A stretch of 64,000 nucleotides of DNA from Auanema rhodensis. Taxonomy: Eukaryota > Animalia > Nematoda. Where the stretch lies: the NCBI GenBank assembly GCA_964057225.1, contig CAXKVF010000100.1, positions 1 through 64,000 on the forward strand, given 5' to 3'. Both the position numbers and the translations under genes were made by a program. This document shows, in pieces, positions 1 to 12,000 of the stretch (its first letter is position 1; each line of letters opens with the position of its first letter). The notes under the pieces are model-generated. The model was not told where the DNA came from. It was given only the letters and a program-made list of their open reading frames with translations, and ran no database searches.

Positions 1-74
1 GGACATGGGGAATCTAATTTTGAAAACCGCATCTCTTTATCTTTCACGTGAAGCGAGTTACATACCAAGTGCAC

Positions 75-82
75 ATCACGTG
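75..82 (+). promoter_or_regulatory. ATCACGTG: E-box/G-box matching the budding-yeast centromere CDEI consensus RTCACRTG (in nearly every monomer; first copy given)
   Basis: Exact motif match. A second CACGTG lies at pos. 45-50. Only the motif is seen; binding or function is not shown. Confidence 0.3.
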
Positions 83-3000
83 TACATTTAATTAGCATAA
101 ATTAAAGTTCACGTAAATTTCAAAGTCATGGTTACCATGAACCAATATCAATAAAAATTTGTTTTTAGACTAATATGGACATGGGGAATCTAATTTTGAA
201 AACCGCATCTCTTTATCTTTCACGTGAAGCGAGTTACATACCAAGTGCACATCACGTGTACATTTAATTAGCATAAATTAAAGTTCACGTAAATTTCAAA
301 GTCATGGTTACCATGAACCAATATCAATAAAAATTTGTTTTTAGACTAATATGGACATGGGGAATCTAATTTTGAAAACCGCATCTCTTTATCTTTCACG
401 TGAAGCGAGTTACACACCAAGTGCACATCACGTGTACATTTAATTAGCATAAATTAAAGTTCACGTAAATTTCAAAGTCATGGTTACCATGAACCAATAT
501 CAATAAAAATTTGTTTTTAGACTAATATGGACATGGGGAATCTAATTTTGAAAACCGCATTTTTTTATCTTTCACGTGAAGCGAGTTACATACCAAGTGC
601 ACATCACGTGTACATTTAATTAGCATAAATTAAAGTTCACGTAAATTTCAAAGTCATGGTTACCATGCACCAATATCAATAAAAATTTGTTTTTAGACTA
701 ATATGGACATGGGGAATCTAATTTTGAAAACCGCATCTCTTTATCTTTCACGTGAAGCGAGTTACATACCAAGTGCACATCACGTGTACATTTAATTAGC
801 ATAAATTAAAGTTCACGTAAATTTCAAAGTCATGGTTACCATGAACCAATATCAATAAAAATTTGTTTTTAGACTAATATGGACATGGGGAATCTAATTT
901 GAAAACCGCATCTCTTTATCTTTCACGTGAAGCGAGTTACATACCAAGTGCACATCACGTGTACATTTAATTAGCATAAATTAAAGTTCACGTAAATTTC
1001 AAAGTCATGGTTACCACGAACCAATATCAATAAAAATTTGTTTTTAGACTAATATGGACATGGGGAATCTAATTTTGAAACCGCATCTCTTTATCTTTCA
1101 CGTGAAGCGAGTTACATACCAAGTGCACATCACGTGTACATTTAATTAGCATAAATTAAAGTTCACGTAAATTTCAAAGTCATGGTTACCATGAACCAAT
1201 ATCAATAAAAATTTGTTTTTAGACTAATATGGACATGGGGAATCTAATTTTGAAAACCGCATCTCTTTATCTTTCACGTGAAGCGAGTTACATACCAAGT
1301 GCACATCACGTGTACATTTAATTAGCATAAATTAAAGTTCACGTAAATTTCAAAGTCATGGTTACCATGAACCAATATCAATAAAAATTTGTTTTTAGAC
1401 TAATATGGACATGGGGAATCTAATTTTGAAAACCGCATCTCTTTATCTTTCACGTGAAGCGAGTTACATACCAAGTGCACATCACGTGTACATTTAATTA
1501 GCATAAATTAAAGTTCACGTAAAATTCAAAGTCATGGTTACCATGCACCAATATCAATAAAAATTTGTTTTTAGACTAATATGGACATGGGGAATCTAAT
1601 TTTGAAAACCGCATCTCTTTATCTTTCACGTGAAGCGAGTTACATACCAAGTGCACATCACGTGTACATTTAATTAGCATAAATTAAAGTTCACGTAAAT
1701 TTCAAAGTCATGGTTACCATGAACCAATATCAATAAAAATTTGTTTTTAGACTAATATGGACATGGGGAATCTAATTTTGAAAACCGCATCTCTTTATCT
1801 TTCACGTGAAGCGAGTTACATACCAAGTGCACATCACGTGTACATTTAATTAGCATAAATTAAAGTTCACGTAAATTTCAAAGTCATGGTTACCATGAAC
1901 CAATATCAATAAAAATTTGTTTTTAGACTAATATGGACATGGGGAATCTAATTTTGAAAACCGCATCTCTTTATCTTTCACGTGAAGCGAGTTACATACC
2001 AAGTGCACATCACGTGTACATTTAATTAGCATAAATTAAAGTTCACGTAAATTTCAAAGTCATGGTTACCATGAACCAATATCAATAAAAATTTGTTTTT
2101 AGACTAATATGGACATGGGGAATCTAATTTTGAAAACCGCATCTCTTTATCTTTCACGTGAAGCGAGTTACATACCAAGTGCACATCACGTGTACATTTA
2201 ATTAGCATAAATTAAAGTTCACGTAAATTTCAAAGTCATGGTTACCATGAACCAATATCAATAAAAATTTGTTTTTAGACTAATATGGACATGGGGAATC
2301 TAATTTTGAAAACCGCATCTCTTTATCTTTCACGTGAAGCGAGTTACATACCAAGTGCACATCACGTGTACATTTAATTAGCATAAATTAAAGTTCACGT
2401 AAATTTCAAAGTCATGGTTACCATGAACCAATATCAATAAAAATTTGTTTTTAGACTAATATGGACATGGGGAATCTAATTTTGAAAACCGCATCTCTTT
2501 ATCTTTCACGTGAAGCGAGTTACATACCAAGTGCACATCACGTGTACATTTAATTAGCATAAATTAAAGTTCACGTAAATTCAAAGTCATGGTTACCATG
2601 CACCAATATCAATAAAAATTTGTTTTTAGACTAATATGGACATGGGGAATCTAATTTTGAAACCGCATCTCTTTATCTTTCACGTGAAGCGAGTTACATA
2701 CCAAGTGCACATCACGTGTACATTTAATTAGCATAAATTAAAGTTCACGTAAATTTCAAAGTCATGGTTACCATGAACCAATATCAATAAAAATTTGTTT
2801 TTAGACTAATATGGACATGGGGAATCTAATTTTGAAAACCGCATCTCTTTATCTTTCACGTGAAGCGAGTTACATACCAAGTGCACATCACGTGTACATT
2901 TAATTAGCATAAATTAAAGTTCACGTAAATTTCAAAGTCATGGTTACCATGAACCAATATCAATAAAAATTTGTTTTTAGACTAATATGGACATGGGGAA

Positions 3001-6000
3001 TCTAATTTTGAAAACCGCATCTCTTTATCTTTCACGTGAAGCGAGTTACATACCAAGTGCACATCACGTGTACATTTAATTAGCATAAATTAAAGTTCAC
3101 GTAAATTTCAAAGTCATGGTTACCATGAACCAATATCAATAAAAATTTGTTTTTAGACTAATATGGACATGGGGAATCTAATTTTGAAAACCGCATCTCT
3201 TTATCTTTCACGTGAAGCGAGTTACATACCAAGTGCACATCACGTGTACATTTAATTAGCATAAATTAAAGTTCACGTAAATTTCAAAGTCATGGTTACC
3301 ATGCACCAATATCAATAAAAATTTGTTTTTAGACTAATATGGACATGGGGAATCTAATTTTGAAACCGCATCTCTTTATCTTTCACGTGAAGCGAGTTAC
3401 ATACCAAGTGCACATCACGTGTACATTTAATTAGCATAAATTAAAGTTCACGTAAATTTCAAAGTCATGGTTACCATGAACCAATATCAATAAAAATTTG
3501 TTTTTAGACTAATATGGACATGGGGAATCTAATTTTGAAAACCGCATCTCTTTATCTTTCACGTGAAGCGAGTTACATACCAAGTGCACATCACGTGTAC
3601 ATTTAATTAGCATAAATTAAAGTTCACGTAAATTTCAAAGTCATGGTTACCATGAACCAATATCAATAAAAATTTGTTTTTAGACTAATATGGACATGGG
3701 GAATCTAATTTTGAAAACCGCATCTCTTTATCTTTCACGTGAAGCGAGTTACATACCAAGTGCACATCACGTGTACATTTAATTAGCATAAATTAAAGTT
3801 CACGTAAATTTCAAAGTCATGGTTACCATGAACCAATATCAATAAAAATTTGTTTTTAGACTAATATGGACATGGGGAATCTAATTTTGAAAACCGCATC
3901 TCTTTATCTTTCACGTGAAGCGAGTTACATACCAAGTGCACATCACGTGTACATTTAATTAGCATAAATTAAAGTTCACGTAAATTTCAAAGTCATGGTT
4001 ACCATGAACCAATATCAATAAAAATTTGTTTTTAGACTAATATGGACATGGGGAATCTAATTTTGAAAACCGCATTTCTTTATCTTTCACGTGAAGCGAG
4101 TTACATACCAAGTGCACATCACGTGTACATTTAATTAGCATAAATTAAAGTTCACGTAAATTTCAAAGTCATGGTTACCATGCACCAATATCAATAAAAA
4201 TTTGTTTTTAGACTAATATGGACATGGGGAATCTAATTTTGAAAACCGCATCTCTTTATCTTTCACGTGAAGCGAGTTACATACCAAGTGCACATCACGT
4301 GTACATTTAATTAGCATAAATTAAAGTTCACGTAAATTTCAAAGTCATGGTTACCATGAACCAATATCAATAAAAATTTGTTTTTAGACTAATATGGACA
4401 TGGGGAATCTAATTTTGAAAACCGCATCTCTTTATCTTTCACGTGAAGCGAGTTACATACCAAGTGCACATCACGTGTACATTTAATTAGCATAAATTAA
4501 AGTTCACGTAAAATTCAAAGTCATGGTTACCATGCACCAATATCAATAAAAATTTGTTTTTAGACTAATATGGACATGGGGAATCTAATTTTGAAAACCG
4601 CATCTCTTTATCTTTCACGTGAAGCGAGTTACATACCAAGTGCACATCACGTGTACATTTAATTAGCATAAATTAAAGTTCACGTAAATTTCAAAGTCAT
4701 GGTTACCATGAACCAATATCAATAAAAATTTGTTTTTAGACTAATATGGACATGGGGAATCTAATTTTGAAAACCGCATCTCTTTATCTTTCACGTGAAG
4801 CGAGTTACATACCAAGTGCACATCACGTGTACATTTAATTAGCATAAATTAAAGTTCACGTAAATTTCAAAGTCATGGTTACCATGAACCAATATCAATA
4901 AAAATTTGTTTTTAGACTAATATGGACATGGGGAATCTAATTTTGAAAACCGCATCTCTTTATCTTTCACGTGAAGCGAGTTACATACCAAGTGCACATC
5001 ACGTGTACATTTAATTAGCATAAATTAAAGTTCACGTAAATTTCAAAGTCATGGTTACCATGAACCAATATCAATAAAAATTTGTTTTTAGACTAATATG
5101 GACATGGGGAATCTAATTTTGAAAACCGCATCTCTTTATCTTTCACGTGAAGCGAGTTACATACCAAGTGCACATCACGTGTACATTTAATTAGCATAAA
5201 TTAAAGTTCACGTAAATTTCAAAGTCATGGTTACCATGAACCAATATCAATAAAAATTTGTTTTTAGACTAATATGGACATGGGGAATCTAATTTTGAAA
5301 ACCGCATCTCTTTATCTTTCACGTGAAGCGAGTTACATACCAAGTGCACATCACGTGTACATTTAATTAGCATAAATTAAAGTTCACGTAAATTTCAAAG
5401 TCATGGTTACCATGAACCAATATCAATAAAAATTTGTTTTTAGACTAATATGGACATGGGGAAATCTAATTTTGAAAACCGCATCTCTTTATCTTTCACG
5501 TGAAGCGAGTTACATACCAAGTGCACATCACGTGTACATTTAATTAGCATAAATTAAAGTTCACGTAAATTTCAAAGTCATGGTTACCATGAACCAATAT
5601 CAATAAAAATTTGTTTTTAGACTAATATGGACATGGGGAATCTAATTTTGAAAACCGCATCTCTTTATCTTTCACGTGAAGCGAGTTACATACCAAGTGC
5701 ACATCACGTGTACATTTAATTAGCATAAATTAAAGTTCACGTAAATTTCAAAGTCATGGTTACCATGAACCAATATCAATAAAAATTTGTTTTTAGACTA
5801 ATATGGACATGGGGAATCTAATTTTGAAAACCGCATTTCTTTATCTTTCACGTGAAGCCAGTTACATACCAAGTGCACATCACGTGTACATTTAATTAGC
5901 ATAAATTAAAGTTCACGTAAATTTCAAAGTCATGGTTACCATGCACCAATAACAATAAAAATTTGTTTTTAGACTGATATGGACATGGGAAATCTAATTT

Positions 6001-9000
6001 TGAAACCGCATCTCTTTATCTTTCACGTGAAGCGAGTTACATACCAAGTGCACATCACGTGTACATTTAATTAGCATAAATTAAAGTTCACGTAAATTTC
6101 AAAGTCATGGTTACCATGAACCAATATCAATAAAAATTTGTTTTTAGACTAATATGGACATGGAGAATCTAATTTTGAAAACCGCATCTCTTTATCTTTC
6201 ACGTGAAGCGAGTTACATACCAAGTGCACATCACGTGTACATTTAATTAGCATAAATTAAAGTTCACGTAAATTTCAAAGTCATGGTTACCATGAACCAA
6301 TATCAATAAAAATTTGTTTTTAGACTAATATGGACATGGGGAATCTAATTTTGAAAACCGCATTTCTTTATCTTTCACGTGAAGCGAGTTACATACCAAG
6401 TGCACATCACGTGTACATTTAATTAGCATAAATTAAAGTTCACGTAAATTTCAAAGTCATGGTTACCATGCACCAATAACAATAAAAATTTGTTTTTAGA
6501 CTAATATGGACATGGGGAATCTAATTTTGAAAACCGCATCTCTTTATCTTTCACGTGAAGCGAGTTACATACCAAGTGCACATCACGTGTACATTTAATT
6601 AGCATAAATTAAAGTTCACGTAAATTTCAAAGTCATGGTTACCATGAACCAATATCAATAAAAATTTGTTTTAGACTAATATGGACATGGGGAATCTAAT
6701 TTTGAAAACCGCATCTCTTTATCTTTCACGTGAAGCGAGTTACATACCAAGTGCACATCACGTGTACATTTAATTAGCATAAATTAAAGTTCACGTAAAT
6801 TTCAAAGTCATGGTTACCATGAACCAATATCAATAAAAATTTGTTTTTAGACTAATATGGACATGGGGAATCTAATTTTGAAAACCGCATCTCTTTATCT
6901 TTCACGTGAAGCGAGTTACATACCAAGTGCACATCACGTGTACATTTAATTAGCATAAATTAAAGTTCACGTAAATTTCAAAGTCATGGTTACCATGAAC
7001 CAATATCAATAAAAATTTGTTTTTAGACTAATATGGACATGGGGAATCTAATTTTGAAAACCGCATCTCTTTATCTTTCACGTGAAGCGAGTTACATACC
7101 AAGTGCACATCACGTGTACATTTAATTAGCATAAATTAAAGTTCACGTAAATTTCAAAGTCATGGTTACCATGAACCAATATCAATAAAAATTTGTTTTT
7201 AGACTAATATGGACATGGGAATCTAATTTTGAAAACCGCATCTCTTTATCTTTCACGTGAAGCGAGTTACATACCAAGTGCACATCACGTGTACATTTAA
7301 TTAGCATAAATTAAAGTTCACGTAAATTTCAAAGTCATGGTTACCATGAAGCAATATCAATAAAAATTTGTTTTTAGACTAATATGGACATGGGGAATCT
7401 AATTTTGAAAACCGCATCTCTTTATCTTTCACGTGAAGCGAGTTACATACCAAGTGCACATCACGTGTACATTTAATTAGCATAAATTAAAGTTCACGTA
7501 AATTTCAAAGTCATGGTTACCATGAACCAATATCAATAAAAATTTGTTTTTGGACTAATATGGACATGGGGAATCTAATTTTGAAAACCGCATCTCTTTA
7601 TCTTTCACGTGAAGCGAGTTACACACCAAGTGCACATCACGTGTACATTTAATTAGCATAAATTAAAGTTCACGTAAATTTCAAAGTCATGGTTACCATG
7701 AACCAATATCAATAAAAATTTGTTTTTAGACTAATATGGACATGGGGAATCTAATTTTGAAAACCGCATTCTTTTATCTTTCACGTGAAGCGAGTTACAT
7801 ACCAAGTGCACATCACGTGTACATTTAATTAGCATAAATTAAAGTTCACGTAAATTTCAAAGTCATGGTTACCATGAACCAATATCAATAAAAATTTGTT
7901 TTTAGACTAATATGGACATGGGGAATCTAATTTTGAAAACCGCATCTCTTTATCTTTCACGTGAAGCGAGTTACATACCAAGTGCACATCACGTGTACAT
8001 TTAATTAGCATAAATTAAAGTTCACGTAAAATTCAAAGTCATGGTTACCATGCACCAATATCAATAAAAATTTGTTTTTAGACTAATATGGACATGGGGA
8101 ATCTATTTTGAAAACCGCATCTCTTTATCTTTCACGTGAAGCGAGTTACATACCAAGTGCACATCACGTGTACATTTAATTAGCATAAATTAAAGTTCAC
8201 GTAAATTTCAAAGTCATGGTTACCATGAACCAATATCAATAAAAATTTGTTTTTAGACTAATATGGACATGGGGAATCTAATTTTGAAAACCGCATTTCT
8301 TTATCTTTCACGTGAAGCGAGTTACATACCAAGTGCACATCACGTGTACATTTAATTAGCATAAATTAAAGTTCACGTAAATTTCAAAGTCATGGTTACC
8401 ATGCACCAATATCAATAAAAATTTGTTTTTAGACTAATATGGACATGGGGAATCTAATTTTGAAAACCGCATCTCTTTATCTTTCACGTGAAGCGAGTTA
8501 CATACCAAGTGCACATCACGTGTACATTTAATTAGCATAAATTAAAGTTCACGTAAATTTCAAAGTCATGGTTACCATGAACCAATATCAATAAAAATTT
8601 GTTTTTAGACTAATATGGACATGGGGAATCTAATTTTGAAAACCGCATTTCTTTATCTTTCACGTGAAGCGAGTTACATACCAAGTGCACATCACGTGTA
8701 CATTTAATTAGCATAAATTAAAGTTCACGTAAATTTCAAAGTCATGGTTACCATGCACCAATATCAATAAAAATTTGTTTTTAGACTAATATGGACATGG
8801 GGAATCTAATTTTGAAAACCGCATCTCTTTATCTTTCACGTGAAGCGAGTTACATACCAAGTGCACATCACGTGTACATTTAATTAGCATAAATTAAAGT
8901 TCACGTAAATTTCAAAGTCATGGTTACCATGAACCAATATCAATAAAAATTTGTTTTTAGACTAATATGGACATGGGGAATCTAATTTTGAAAACCGCAT

Positions 9001-12000
9001 TTCTTTATCTTTCACGTGAAGCGAGTTACATACCAAGTGCACATCACGTGTACATTTAATTAGCATAAATTAAAGTTCACGTAAATTTCAAAGTCATGGT
9101 TACCATGCACCAATATCAATAAAAATTTGTTTTTAGACTAATATGGACATGGGGAATCTAATTTTGAAAACCGCATCTCTTTATCTTTCACGTGAAGCGA
9201 GTTACATACCAAGTGCACATCACGTGTACATTTAATTAGCATAAATTAAAGTTCACGTAAATTTCAAAGTCATGGTTACCATGAACCAATATCAATAAAA
9301 ATTTGTTTTTAGACTAATATGGACATGGGGAATCTAATTTTGAAAACCGCATCTCTTTATCTTTCACGTGAAGCGAGTTACATACCAAGTGCACATCACG
9401 TGTACATTTAATTAGCATAAATTAAAGTTCACGTAAATTTCAAAGTCATGGTTACCACGAACCAATATCAATAAAAATTTGTTTTTAGACTAATATGGAC
9501 ATGGGGAATCTAATTTTGAAAACCGCATCTCTTTATCTTTCACGTGAAGCGAGTTACATACCAAGTACACATCACGTGTACATTTAATTAGCATAAATTA
9601 AAGTTCACGTAAATTTCAAAGTCATGGTTACCATGAACCAATATCAATAAAATTTGTTTTTAGACTAATATGGACATGGGGAATCTAATTTTGAAAACCG
9701 CATCTCTTTATCTTTCACGTGAAGCGAGTTACATACCAAGTTCACATCACGTGTACATTTAATAAGCATAAATTAAAGTTCACGTAAATTTCAAAGTCAT
9801 GGTTACCATGCACCAATATCAATAAAAATTTGTTTTTAGACTAATATGGACATGGGGAATCTAATTTTGAAAACCGCATCTCTTTATCTTTCACGTGAAG
9901 CGAGTTACATACCAAGTGCACATCACGTGTACATTTAATTAGCATAAATTAAAGTTCACGTAAATTTCAAAGTCATGGTTACCATGAACTAATATCAATA
10001 AAAATTTGTTTTTAGACTAATATGGACATGGGGAATCTAATTTGAAAACCGCATCTCTTTATCTTTCACGTGAAGCGAGTTACATACCAAGTGCACATCA
10101 CGTGTACATTTAATTAGCATAAATTAAAGTTCACGTAAATTTCAAAGTCATGGTTACCATGAACCAATATCAATAAAAATTTGTTTTTAGACTAATATGG
10201 ACATGGGAAATCTAATTTTGAAAACCGCATCTCTTTATCTTTCACGTGAAGCGAGTTACATACCAAGTGCACATCACGTGTACATTTAATTAGCATAAAT
10301 TAAAGTTCACGTAAATTTCAAAGTCATGGTTACCATGAACCAATATCAATAAAAATTTGTTTTTAGACTAATATGGACATGGGGAATCTAATTTTGAAAA
10401 CCGCATCTCTTTATCTTTCACGTGAAGCGAGTTACATACCAAGTGCACATCACGTGTACATTTAATTAGCATAAATTAAAGTTCACGTAAATTTCAAAGT
10501 CATGGTTACCATGAACCAATATCAATAAAAATTTGTTTTTAGACTAATATGGACATGGGGAATCTAATTTTGAAAACCGCATCTCTTTATCTTTCACGTG
10601 AAGCCGAGTTAGATACCAAGTGCACATCACGTGTACATTTAATTAGCATAAATTAAAGTTCACGTAAATTTCAAAGTCATGGTTACCATGCACCAATAAC
10701 AATAAAAATTTATTTTTAGACTGATATGGACATGGGGAATCTAATTTTGAAAACCGCATCTCTTTATCTTTCACGTGAAGCGAGTTACATACCAAGTGCA
10801 CATCACGTGTACATTTAATTAGCATAAATTAAAGTTCACGTAAATTTCAAAGTCATGGTTACCATGAACCAATATCAATAAAAATTTGTTTTTAGACTAA
10901 TATGGACATGGGGAATCTAATTTTGAAAACCGCATCTCTTTATCTTTCACGTGAAGCGAGTTACATACCAAGTGCACATCACGTGTACATTTAATTAGCA
11001 TAAATTAAAGTTCACGTAAATTTCAAAGTCATGGTTACCATGAACCAATATCAATAAAAATTTGTTTTTAGACTAATATGGACATGGGGAATCTAATTTT
11101 GAAAACCGCATCTCTTTATCTTTCACGTGAAGCGAGTTACATACCAAGTGCACATCACGTGTACATTTAATTATCATAAATTAAAGTTCACGTAAATTTC
11201 AAAGTCATGGTTACCATGAACCAATATCAATAAAAATTTGTTTTTAGACTAATATGGACATGGGGAATCTAATTTTGAAAACCGCATCTCTTTATCTTTC
11301 ACGTGAAGCGAGTTACATACCAAGTGCACATCACGTGTACATTTAATTAGCATAAATTAAAGTTCACGTAAATTTCAAAGTCATGGTTACCATGAAGCCA
11401 ATATCAATAAAAATTTGTTTTTAGACTAATATGGACATGGGGAATCTAATTTTGAAAACCGCATCTCTTTATCTTTCACGTGAAGCGAGTTACATACCAA
11501 GTGCACATCACGTGTACATTTAATTAGCATAAATTAAAGTTCACGTAAATTTCAAAGTCATGGTTACCATGAACCAATATCAATAAAATTTTGTTTTTAG
11601 ACTAATATGGACATGGGAATCTAATTTTGAAAACCGCATCTCTTTATCTTTCACGTGAAGCGAGTTACATACCAAGTGCACATCACGTGTACATTTAATT
11701 AGCATAAATTAAAGTTCACGTAAAATTCAAAGTCATGGTTACCATGCACCAATATCAATAAAAATTTGTTTTTAGACTAATATGGACATGGGGAATCTAA
11801 TTTTGAAAACCGCATCTCTTTATCTTTCACGTGAAGCGAGTTACATACCAAGTGCACATCACGTGTACATTTAATTAGCATAAATTAAAGTTCACGTAAA
11901 TTTCAAAGTCATGGTTACCATGCACCAATATCAATAAAAATTTGTTTTTAGACTAATATGGACATGGGGAATCTAATTTTGAAAACCGCATCTCTTTATC

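Noticed and set aside
1-176. Identity with the 176-bp honeybee AluI repeat or Brassica CentBr (HindIII) satellites
   Set aside because: The length matches, but the consensus has no AGCT or AAGCTT site (AGCT appears only as a variant at 25251) and I recognise no sequence similarity. The species was left unassigned.
1-176. Tandem 5S rRNA, tRNA, snRNA or spliced-leader gene unit
   Set aside because: I see no recognisable conserved RNA sequence, cloverleaf or Pol III A/B/C boxes. An Rfam cmscan search would settle it.
75-176. Budding-yeast-type point centromere (CDEI-CDEII-CDEIII)
   Set aside because: CDEI matches, but the downstream DNA is well below the ~90% AT of CDEII, there is no convincing CDEIII at the expected distance, and point centromeres are not tandemly arrayed.
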